In this document: in pieces, positions 20,569 through 29,057 of the stretch
How positions within the stretch are numbered: the stretch's first letter is position 1
Layout: every line of letters begins with the position of its first letter
NCBI GenBank assembly: GCA_963836205.1
Contig: CAWIIV010000023.1
Location: 64,001-128,000, forward strand
Direction: 5' to 3'
DNA: 64,000 nucleotides
From: an uncultured Acidimicrobiia bacterium
Lineage (GTDB): Bacteria; Actinomycetota; Acidimicrobiia; Acidimicrobiales; AC-14
Notes under the pieces: generated by a model
Databases searched by the model: none
The model's input: the letters and a program-made list of their open reading frames with translations, nothing else
Told to the model about the DNA's origin: nothing
Position numbers and translations under genes: made by a program

Positions 20569-22116
20569 ATGTGGAAGAGGCGGGCACGCGGGCGCGGGAT
20601 GCTGGTCGTGGCGGGAGCGATGCTGGCGGCGACGTTGGGGCCGGTGACAGCTGCCGACGCAACGAGTACGAGTCAGGCGGCCGGCGGACAGGGCCAGGTG
20701 CAACTCCTGGGGCAGATGTTCCTCGCCCTGCGGGCGGCCCAGTTCGACCGGACCATCGACTTCGGGCCCTTCGAGGACGTGTGCCCGGGGGCGTCATTCT
20801 GCGCGGTCCCGGCCCGGCCGGTGAAGTACATGCCAAACATCGACCTGGCGATCATCGAGCTCGATCAACAGGGCCAGGCGACGGCGGTGGCGAACGTCCT
20901 TCTCTCACGGGACTATCCCGCCGGGCTGCCCCTGCCTATCGACCGGGTGGCGGGTCCCGCGGGCAGTAACGGGGTGAGCGTCGTCCGCTGGCGGCGGTGG
21001 GATATCGACCGTTACAACGGCGGCACGTTCTCCCAGGACGACGGCCACCAGCTCACCCAGAAGGGGTGGAAGACCAATCCACCGCTCACGGCGGCGGACA
21101 ACATCGTCCCCGGGCGGTTGGGGACCCCGATCGACTTCATGGCGCCCTACCCGGCGTCACTGTTCAAGATCATCGTGGCCTTCCGGATCATGCGCCTGGT
21201 CGACTTCGGCCAGCTGAGCCTCGACCAGACCTATACCTACAACCCGGTCGCCTCGTTGGCGGCCGAGGGCAAGCAGCTCGACCAGCCCCTGGAGCGCCCG
21301 GTCGGCGTCGGGGTGGCGACGGCCGCGGCGGTGGCCGCGGAGGGAGAGACGCGGACCATCCGGGACTGGTTGGACCCGATGATCACTGTCTCGAGCAACA
21401 ACGCGGCGCGGGCCATGCTCAAGCTCCTCCACGACCGCAACGACCTCCCGGCCATGCACGCCGAGCTCCGGGGCCTGGGGCTGGGAACCCTCCAGGTGAA
21501 CGGCACCGACCCCGGCACCGGCGGTAACTGGCAGCCGGGCAGCATCCACATGACATCACTCGACACCGCCCGCCTGCTGTGGCTCATCGAGGGTGGGGCG
21601 GGGACGCTCTGGCTCCGTCCCGACGGACGGCCGGTCCTGGCGTCGCTGCTGTCCTCCAGCTCCCGCAGCTTCCTCAAGGGATTGCTCGACGACCAGGCGT
21701 TCCACGAGGCGCTGAGCACGGGGAGCCTGTGCGGCAAGGCCAACGTCCGGCCCGGTATCCCCGCCCTGGTGCCCGCCCGCTGGATCAACCCGGACGGCAC
21801 CGAGACGGCCGGCGGCTTCCCCTACGGCCAGGACGTCCGGCCCTGCAACGCGGCGGCCGAGGTGGTGTTCGGGCACAAGACGGGGCTCACGTTCAACTAC
21901 GGGTCGAATGCGGGGATCGTGCGGTCGCTGCCGGGCAAGCCGGAACGCCGCTACGTGATCGCGTTCAACTCGAGCCTCGGCTACCGCTACACGGACCCCG
22001 CCTTCGCCTCCCGCTCGTCCTACCCGTGCTACGACCCGGTCGGAGGCATCTGTTACACCCAGCGCATCCCGGCGATGGCGAAGCAGCTCGACGACTACAT
22101 CAAGTCGACTCCGTAG
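20569..22116 (+). CDS. Secreted serine hydrolase, class A beta-lactamase/PBP-like fold
   Basis: Signal-peptide-like N-terminus; SxxK (ASLFK), SxN (SSN), KTG (HKTG). Confidence 0.8.
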   Translation: MWKRRARGRGMLVVAGAMLAATLGPVTAADATSTSQAAGGQGQVQLLGQMFLALRAAQFDRTIDFGPFEDVCPGASFCAVPARPVKYMPNIDLAIIELDQQGQATAVANVLLSRDYPAGLPLPIDRVAGPAGSNGVSVVRWRRWDIDRYNGGTFSQDDGHQLTQKGWKTNPPLTAADNIVPGRLGTPIDFMAPYPASLFKIIVAFRIMRLVDFGQLSLDQTYTYNPVASLAAEGKQLDQPLERPVGVGVATAAAVAAEGETRTIRDWLDPMITVSSNNAARAMLKLLHDRNDLPAMHAELRGLGLGTLQVNGTDPGTGGNWQPGSIHMTSLDTARLLWLIEGGAGTLWLRPDGRPVLASLLSSSSRSFLKGLLDDQAFHEALSTGSLCGKANVRPGIPALVPARWINPDGTETAGGFPYGQDVRPCNAAAEVVFGHKTGLTFNYGSNAGIVRSLPGKPERRYVIAFNSSLGYRYTDPAFASRSSYPCYDPVGGICYTQRIPAMAKQLDDYIKSTP

Positions 22117-22137
22117 CGTCCCGCAACGGGACCGGCC

Positions 22138-22585
22138 CTGACGCCGATATGGAGCGTCGGCGCGGAATCCGTCGATAGCCCGGACGCCGTTGCGTTGCTA
22201 CGCGACTACTTCGCCGAGCTCACCGTCCGCTACTTCCACCGAGAGACCACGGACGAGGAGATCGACAAGACCCTCGAGGAGTTTCCGAGCACCGGCCTTG
22301 CGCTCTTCCTCATCCTCCGTGCACGCGGGGTGCCTGCCGGTTGCCTTGGCGTGCACCCGACCGGCGAGATCACGCGCATGTATGTCATCCCCCGGTTTCG
22401 CCGCAAAGGCGGCGCCCGCGCCCTCCTCACCGCCGTCGAGTCGTGGGCCCGCACCCAAGGCATCACCCGGCTGTTTCTCGACACCCGCACCGATCTCGTC
22501 GAGGCCCGAGCGTTCTACGCGTCGTGCGGGTTCATCGAAATCCCGCCCGCCACCAGTACGCCTGGCCCCTTCCAGGACCACCGTG
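22138..22585 (+). pseudogene. GNAT acetyltransferase, 3' end truncated by an IS remnant
   Basis: EITRMYVIPRFRRKGGARALL, LDTRTDLVEARAFYASCGF; reading runs into antisense IS sequence; start uncertain. Confidence 0.7.
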
Positions 22586-22913
22586 ACCTGGCGCCGGGCC
22601 CAGGAGCGTCCGACCCGGTAGCTGGTGCCGGCGAAGCAGATCGACCCCCCGCCGTCGGCCATGCGCACCTCGCACACCGCCTTGTAGCGCCTGCTCCACC
22701 GGTCCCAACTCCACGAGTACGGGGGCCTCCTCTGGATCTGCGGGCGCGAACGACCACAGCGAAGAAGGTGGCGACCGGCGGGTGGTGGACCCTCAGTCAA
22801 GCGTCAGTGTCGTGCAGGTACCGAAGCCAGTGTCGCCCAGGTACCGGAGCCGCGTCCGGGGAATGTCAGGTGGTACCGGAGCCACGGTGTCAACCATGTA
22901 CCGGAACCGCACA
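22583..22913 (-). mobile_element. Internally deleted IS481-family remnant
   Basis: 5'-TGT terminus at 22913; four TGTC-N4/5-(G)GTACCGGAGCC-like repeats; N-terminal VELGPVEQ-RYKAVCEV joined to C-terminal GGGSICFAGTSYRVG. Confidence 0.65.
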
Positions 22914-23030
22914 CCAGGCAGCGAGCCTTTGGTTCTCAAAATGCTCATCACGGCGTCCTTGCCGGGAACAATCCACAGGCCGGGAAAACGCTGTTACCTG
23001 GACTTTTGTGGTGCGCCCGGAGAGATTCGA

Positions 23031-24452
23031 GAGAAATAGTCAAGACCTGTGGATCGGATTCCCGTCCGACTACGCGGCGGCTCCCTGATCCTGCTGGTTG
23101 GGGCGCTCGACCATCACCCCCTTCTCGAACTTGGTGCCGGCCCGCACCAGGGCCACGAGATTAGGGCCGTTCACCGCTCGCCACCGGTCCTGGGCGGACT
23201 CGATGAGCTTGAAGGCCATGGCCAGCCCGGCCACCCGGGATCCGGGGCCCTTGGTCACCTTGGTCCGCAACCGCACGGTGGCGAAGGTGGACTCGATGGG
23301 GTTGGTCGTCTTGAGGTGGATCCAGTGCTCGGCCGGGAAGTCGAAGAAGGCGAGCAGCGTCTCGGTGTCGTCGACGACCTTGGCCACGGCCTTGGGGTAC
23401 TTGGCCGCGTAGGCCTCGGCGAAGCCGCTGATGGCGGTGATGGCGTGGTCGCGGTCCTCGGCGTCACGGATGTCGGCCAGCATGCGCCGGGCGCTGCGCT
23501 GGGCCGACTTCGGCAGGGCGGACAACACGTTGGCCACCTTGTGGACCCAGCAGCGCTGGGTACCGGTGGCGGGGAACACCTCCCGCAGAGCCCCCCAGAA
23601 CCCGAGGGCACCGTCGCCCACGGCCAGCACCGGGGCCCGCATCCCACGGCGGCGGAGGTCCCGCAGTACGTCGGACCAGCTCTCCGTCGACTCCCGGAAG
23701 CCGTCCTCGATCGCCACCAGCTCCTTGGTGCCGTCGGCCCGCACACCCACGATGACCAGGGCACATAGCCGTTCTTCCTCGAGTCGGACGTTGAAATGGA
23801 TGCCGTCGGCCCACACGTAGACGTAGTCGACGGCGGAGAGATCCCGGTGGGCGAAGGCGGTCCGTTCGTCCTGCCACTGGCGGGTCAGACGGGTGATCAC
23901 CGAAGCCGACAGGCCGGCGGCGGAGCCGAAGAACTCGCCCAGGGCCGGGCTGAAGTCGCCGCTCGACATCCCGTGCAGGTACATCAGGGGCAGCACCTCG
24001 GCCACCTTGGGGCTCTTGCGGCACCACGGGGCCACGATGGCCGAGCGGAACCGGAGTCGGTCGCCGGTGTCGGGGTCGAGGCGGCGGTCGTCCACCCTCG
24101 GCGCCTCGATCTCGATCCCGCCCGCAGCGGTGGTGATGGTGCGGGCCTCGGCGTGGCCGTTGCGAACCACGCGCCGCCGACCACGCTCGTCGAGCTCGCC
24201 GGCCATCGCTTCGATGTACGCGTCGACTTCGGCTTCGAGGGCGGCGGCCAGCATCCGTCGGGCACCCTCGCGGACGATCTCGTCGAGCCCGGCCGTCAGC
24301 TCCGCGCGGGCGTCATCATCGGTGACTACTGTCAACATCGGCGTTCCTTCCTCGCCGGCGTTCCACCGCCAGCGACTACTCGTTTTGGTCAACGAGGAAG
24401 GTACGCCGCGCCCTCGAACGGGTGGGTGATCCACAGGTTCTGGTCATAACTC
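23031..24452 (-). mobile_element. IS256-family element
   Basis: Imperfect 25-bp IRs (GAGAAATAGTCAAGACCTGTGGATC / GATCCACAGGTTCTGGTCATAACTC); 9-bp target duplication GAGATTCGA at 23022-23030 and 24453-24461. Confidence 0.95.
23070..24338 (-). CDS. IS256-family transposase
   Basis: YVWADGIHF, VGDGALGFW, QRCWVHK, TTNPIESTF. Confidence 0.95.
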   Translation of the reverse strand: MLTVVTDDDARAELTAGLDEIVREGARRMLAAALEAEVDAYIEAMAGELDERGRRRVVRNGHAEARTITTAAGGIEIEAPRVDDRRLDPDTGDRLRFRSAIVAPWCRKSPKVAEVLPLMYLHGMSSGDFSPALGEFFGSAAGLSASVITRLTRQWQDERTAFAHRDLSAVDYVYVWADGIHFNVRLEEERLCALVIVGVRADGTKELVAIEDGFRESTESWSDVLRDLRRRGMRAPVLAVGDGALGFWGALREVFPATGTQRCWVHKVANVLSALPKSAQRSARRMLADIRDAEDRDHAITAISGFAEAYAAKYPKAVAKVVDDTETLLAFFDFPAEHWIHLKTTNPIESTFATVRLRTKVTKGPGSRVAGLAMAFKLIESAQDRWRAVNGPNLVALVRAGTKFEKGVMVERPNQQDQGAAA

Positions 24453-24623
24453 GAGATTCGAACTCCCAACCTTCTGATCCGTAGTTCGCACCAAGGGGTT
24501 ATCCACAGGTCGCCGTGAAGGTCCACAAGGCTCATCTCTGGCCTCTGAGCTGGGCTTTCGCGGATTGGCTTGAACCCGCAGATGACCGTGGTTGACCGCC
24601 CGTTTCAAGTTTTCGCCGACGTT

Positions 24624-24647
24624 TGGTTCTCACGGTGGTTCTCACGG
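24624..24647. repeat. Putative integrase arm-type sites
   Basis: TGGTTCTCACGG x2; related copies at 34473-34493 (inverted), 34520-34542 and near 22930. Confidence 0.6.
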
Positions 24648-24827
24648 AATGTGCTGAAAAGTTAGATGCACCGAACCCTCCAACATCGGAGGGGGACACG
24701 GCATCCCATACGAGAGACCGCATCTCACGCGTCGGACCTGCTGAGGGTCGCCGTGCGGCGAGCATCGGATGCAGAGCGAGCGGGATCGCGCCGCACCCGA
24801 TGAGATGGAGGTCGATCCAGACTCAGT

Positions 24828-24872
24828 TTGACCGACGACCGGGCGCCATGCCATAATCGAACGTATGTTCGT
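24828..24872 (+). promoter_or_regulatory. Sigma70-like promoter overlapped by a LexA (SOS) box
   Basis: TTGACC-N18-CATAAT followed by TCGAAC-GTAT-GTTCGT (actinobacterial CGAAC-N4-GTTCG). Confidence 0.75.
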
Positions 24873-25029
24873 CTCCCGTCCGGCGCCCCGACGCCCGCGG
24901 AACGGTGCCGGACAGTGGTCGACGTCGGCAGTAGAAACGGCTGCACTCCCGGGGGGGCATCCCAGACGCCGGTGTCATCGACAATTACGCTGTGAGGTTT
25001 CGGGTGAAAGCAGGGACGAGAACGCTCCA

Positions 25030-26364
25030 GTGACGGCTTGGCAAGAAATACGAGACCCAGTACACAACTTCATCAAGGTAACTTCGTACGAACGGCGAGT
25101 GATCGATTGTCCTGCGGTACAACGGCTTCGACACATACATCAGCTCGCAATGTCGTACCTTGTTTATCCTGGCGCAACCCATCGTCGGTTTGAGCATTCT
25201 CTAGGGGTCATGCATCTCGCTGGCGAGGCGTTCGATGTTGTAACTGCCGCCGAAAATATCACCGATGAGGTCCGTGACCTCATACCTGAGCTGAAAGAGA
25301 CCCAAAACTTCGACTATTGGCGAACGGTAGTTCGCATGGCCGCTTTATGCCACGATCTCGGTCATCTGCCGTTTTCTCATGCAGTAGAGCACCACCTGAT
25401 GCCTGACGGCTATAACCATGAGCGCCTGTCCATGGACCTAATCAACGGGCCCGAGTTGACGGCCATTCTTGCCGACATCATCCCTCCTATCCAACCGGGT
25501 CTGCTTGCGAAACTCGCCGTCGGACCCGGAAAGGCAAAGGGACAGGCATTCAATACGTGGGAAGCGATCCTATCCGAGATCGTTGTGGGCGATGCCTTCG
25601 GCGTCGATCGGATGGATTACCTGCTGCGAGATTCACTTCATGCGGGTGTTCAGTACGGACGATTCGATCACCATCGCCTACTGGATACCTTGCGCATACT
25701 CCCTGCAGCACCGGCTGGGGACACTGAGGACGCATCTGAGCCCTCTCTCGGAGTAACCGAGGGTGGCCTACACGCCGCAGAATCTCTCCTGCTAGCTAGA
25801 TACTTTATGTGGACGCAGGTATATCTTCATCCTGTTCGTGTTATGTACGACGCGCATCTCCACGACTTCCTTCAGGCCTGGCTTCCCGATGGTCGATTTT
25901 CGGTCGATCTCGAACGACATCTCGCTCTGACGGACCTGGAAGTGCTCGCAGCAATGAGGGCCTCACAATCGAATCCCGAAGCGCCCGGTTTTGAAGCTGC
26001 GCGACGGATCTTGACTCGTGGTCACTTTCGTCGTGTATTTGACCGCGCGCCAAGCGATCTTAGTATTACTCTTGAACCCGGCGCTGCCATCGCAGCGGCT
26101 CTCGCAACTAAATACGATGATGCGAATGTAAAGACAAAGAAGTATGCACCCGGAAGCGGAGGAGTCGAGTTTCCGGTTAAGGTTCATGATGGATCAGTCG
26201 TATCATCCACCTCGTTATCTGCAGCCTTGCGTGGACTGCCAAAAATAGTCGTGGACCAAGTCTTCGTTGAGCCTTCCTTGGCCAAGGAGGCTCGCACTTG
26301 GCTCGCCAGCAATAAGAGGTTGGTACTAGAGGCTGCGGCTGTAGATGAAGGAGCAGAGGAATGA
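25030..26364 (+). CDS. HD-domain phosphohydrolase (SAMHD1/dNTPase-like)
   Basis: IRDPVH, QRLRHIHQL, RFEHSLG, CHDLGHLPFSH, DRMDYLLRDS, VYLHP; alternative leaderless ATG at 24865. Confidence 0.9.
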   Translation: MTAWQEIRDPVHNFIKVTSYERRVIDCPAVQRLRHIHQLAMSYLVYPGATHRRFEHSLGVMHLAGEAFDVVTAAENITDEVRDLIPELKETQNFDYWRTVVRMAALCHDLGHLPFSHAVEHHLMPDGYNHERLSMDLINGPELTAILADIIPPIQPGLLAKLAVGPGKAKGQAFNTWEAILSEIVVGDAFGVDRMDYLLRDSLHAGVQYGRFDHHRLLDTLRILPAAPAGDTEDASEPSLGVTEGGLHAAESLLLARYFMWTQVYLHPVRVMYDAHLHDFLQAWLPDGRFSVDLERHLALTDLEVLAAMRASQSNPEAPGFEAARRILTRGHFRRVFDRAPSDLSITLEPGAAIAAALATKYDDANVKTKKYAPGSGGVEFPVKVHDGSVVSSTSLSAALRGLPKIVVDQVFVEPSLAKEARTWLASNKRLVLEAAAVDEGAEE

Positions 26365-26918
26365 ATCGACTCCAACGAGCGGCAATTCTTGGCCTTCTCG
26401 TGCAATCACTACGCGATCGTGGAAGTTGGGCCGGTGAGACACACGTTCAGAAGGCGGCGTATCTCCTCGAGCATGCAGCCGGCGTCCCTCTGGATTACGA
26501 ATTTGTACTCTACAAGCACGGCCCTTTCTCGTTTGATCTCCGTGACGAGTTGAATGACTTCAGCGGGGACGGCCTACTTGTTATTGAGCCCCAAGTCTAT
26601 CCGTACGGGCCAAGGTTGCGCGTAACTGACTTGGGTCAGAAGAACATCGAGTTGCGAGACCAAACGGCAAATCAGTACCAGGGTGCAATCGCTACAGTCA
26701 CGCTCTTCATCGGCGATCGGGGTGTGGCGGCTCTAGAGCGACTAGCAACCGCGTTCCTGCTCCATTCTGAGTCGCCGAACGCCTCGGACGAGGAAATCGC
26801 AACCCGCCTGGTCGAGGTTAAACCGCACGTAAGCCGGTTTGATGCGTTGTCGGCTGTCAGAGAGATGCGAGTTGCGGTTCCTTCCTTGCTGACATCAGGG
26901 TCATCCGGCCCCAGTTGA
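26361..26918 (+). CDS. YwgA/DUF4065-like helical protein
   Basis: ATGA coupling to the HD gene; QKAAYLL, YKHGPFSFDL, LERLAT. Confidence 0.65.
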   Translation: MNRLQRAAILGLLVQSLRDRGSWAGETHVQKAAYLLEHAAGVPLDYEFVLYKHGPFSFDLRDELNDFSGDGLLVIEPQVYPYGPRLRVTDLGQKNIELRDQTANQYQGAIATVTLFIGDRGVAALERLATAFLLHSESPNASDEEIATRLVEVKPHVSRFDALSAVREMRVAVPSLLTSGSSGPS

Positions 26919-27827
26919 TTCGTTCGTGCTTGGAGTGGGCGCAACTGGAAAACCAAAACGACGAGCTCCAGGGCCGGATAGCCATCTACTACCCTCCTCG
27001 CATGTGTCGGAAATCGAGCAATATCGACACTGGCTCCCAGGGTGGCGCAGCTGGGGTTCCTTGCTGAATCCTGCTTGAACGGCCACGACTGTGGCCGCGG
27101 TGCATACAGCTTGGACCCCCTCCTCGATTAGTGCTGGATCGACGTCTATCTGCACAGTTCGATGTGCCCCACAGTCTGGGAGAAGCGCGACCACTCTTAC
27201 CGGCTCCTCACCCACAAGTGCTGCCATCACTGCGGCGAATCCTAGCTCTCTTCGGATATATTCGCTCCAGGCGCCGTTAAGGATCAGCCCAAGGGTCAAT
27301 TCCCCATCAACTCTGTATAGCAAGTCGATTCGGCCAGCGATTCGGAGCGCCCGACCTGGGTACTCCCATGCAGGCCTCCAACCAATCCGAGTCCCAGGAG
27401 GCAGAGGCCAGACGCCGATCGCTCGTGCAGCTCCGGAAACAAAAGAGATGGCTCTTTGACCAATCATTGCCCGTTCCGGCTTGCTCGCACCATACCGGAT
27501 CCATTCCCAGGGCCAGCGATTGCTATCGCCGTTCCGAAATGCCTCGACGAAGGCGCGAGGTGGGCCAACCGAAAAATCGAGTTCGCAGAGTGAGTCAAGC
27601 GCGCTAGCTCGCCAAACAGTATTGACACTTGACTCGAATGGAGTGGAAGGCGTCGCAGCCTCCCTCGCCGGACAGACGAGGGATTGGCGGACTTGCCATG
27701 CGCCCACTTGCAACCGCTCGTCCTCCGCTGCGTCCCAATACTTGCCGGGAGCACACCGCTCCGCAACAACACTTAGTTGGTCGGTTAGTGCCTTCCGTAC
27801 TGAGTCGTGCCGCTTAGAAGGGGTCAT
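26901..27827 (-). CDS. PD-(D/E)xK/Cas4-like protein, catalytic motif degenerate
   Basis: N-terminal VCP plus C-terminal CRYC-x5-C; GRIDLL but no (D/E)xK. Confidence 0.65.
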   Translation of the reverse strand: MTPSKRHDSVRKALTDQLSVVAERCAPGKYWDAAEDERLQVGAWQVRQSLVCPAREAATPSTPFESSVNTVWRASALDSLCELDFSVGPPRAFVEAFRNGDSNRWPWEWIRYGASKPERAMIGQRAISFVSGAARAIGVWPLPPGTRIGWRPAWEYPGRALRIAGRIDLLYRVDGELTLGLILNGAWSEYIRRELGFAAVMAALVGEEPVRVVALLPDCGAHRTVQIDVDPALIEEGVQAVCTAATVVAVQAGFSKEPQLRHPGSQCRYCSISDTCEEGSRWLSGPGARRFGFPVAPTPSTNESTGAG

Positions 27828-28776
27828 CGGCCAATCTTTCCCTGAACTCAACAGGTAGCTCCGCAGTGACTTGAGCCGACGGACATTGCTTGGCGTCCGG
27901 ACACCAACCGCAGCGATATGACGGGTTTTCGGTGGGAATCCGGCCACCCGCCAACTCACCTGCCAATATGAGGGCATCCCCCAGCCGCCTCGCGGCTGAA
28001 CGCAGTTCGTCTTCGCCAATCCAGATGTCGTCGACCGCTCCGGTCTCGCCGCAGCAAGTGATGACACAGTCCGGCGGGATACCGTCACGAAACGCAACGA
28101 GGAGCGCGTACAGGAGGGCATCCTCAATATCCTCCCGCCGAAAGCGTCTCGACTTTGTCTCGATGATCGCGGCTCGACGGCTAGTCGGCGGTCCACCAAG
28201 CACGATATCTGCCCGGCTATCGATCATCACCTCGCCATCGGCCAGCGTGAGACACGCTCGGTCCTGGACTCTCGGCCACCATTCGCCGCTCAGTTGCGGC
28301 CAGTCATCTAGGAGGCGTAGACGTCGTTCTGTGAGATCCTCTTCAAGGGCTTTGCGCAGGCCTGCGTCCAGAGCGCCGACCCAGTCGAGAATGCCCTCGT
28401 TTTGGTCTCCGCTGGCCCGGAGCAACTCAATGGCTAGATCCAAGGGAGGGTCGTCGAGCCGTCCTGCAGTGACCCGATGGCTGCAAAGTAGGTCGAGAAG
28501 TACGCCTAACACCAACTCCGACGTGACATCTGCGTCCTGGGGTCTCAGCATCGCAAGCATGTAGCGCTCGCAATCAAGCATCTGCCGAATCCGACCCTTA
28601 GAGAGCCGAAGCGGCTCAGCGCCAAGGGGGAGGCTGGCAAGTTCGGTCGCTCGGCGGGCGGCGTCCTCGAGGTCGTCGAGAAGGGCCGAGACGATGCCGT
28701 CAGCGATGCGCCGTGAACTGCCCCCGTTCGCCCATCTCTCAATCAGTGCAGCGAACTGAGTTTGCCCTTCCGCCAT
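27814..28776 (-). CDS. PD-(D/E)xK nuclease with four-Cys Fe-S staple (Cas4/AddB-like)
   Basis: LRLSK..DCER, SRADIV, IIETKS, LLYALL, CGWCPDAKQCP. Confidence 0.8.
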   Translation of the reverse strand: MAEGQTQFAALIERWANGGSSRRIADGIVSALLDDLEDAARRATELASLPLGAEPLRLSKGRIRQMLDCERYMLAMLRPQDADVTSELVLGVLLDLLCSHRVTAGRLDDPPLDLAIELLRASGDQNEGILDWVGALDAGLRKALEEDLTERRLRLLDDWPQLSGEWWPRVQDRACLTLADGEVMIDSRADIVLGGPPTSRRAAIIETKSRRFRREDIEDALLYALLVAFRDGIPPDCVITCCGETGAVDDIWIGEDELRSAARRLGDALILAGELAGGRIPTENPSYRCGWCPDAKQCPSAQVTAELPVEFRERLADDPF

Positions 28777-29057
28777 GTCAAGGAACACTACCGCTGGGCC
28801 TCGCTGGAGAGGTGCACGTGGCCAACCAAACGTGCCGACCAGACTCTCGTCTTCTCGGCAGGGCGTCCGTGATTCCTGTCAACCCCGGCCTCACGCGACC
28901 TGGCCCTTTGTCTCCGCCTCTCGGATCCAGAGGCGTGCGTCCCGACTGGACACCCTCGTCCGGGACGCGAGATCTCGAACGTCGTTACGGCCTAGTTCAA
29001 TATCGGACCCGACTACGCACAGACGAGTGCATTGCGTCCCGCGGGACGGCAGCCGTG

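Noticed and set aside
22808-22913. Mini-CRISPR or iteron array
   Set aside because: Spacing is irregular and only 2-12 bp; the repeats end in a TGT/ACA terminus next to transposase fragments, so an IS481 end explains them
26901-28776. CRISPR adaptation module
   Set aside because: Cas4-like fold only; no cas1, cas2 or array in the window
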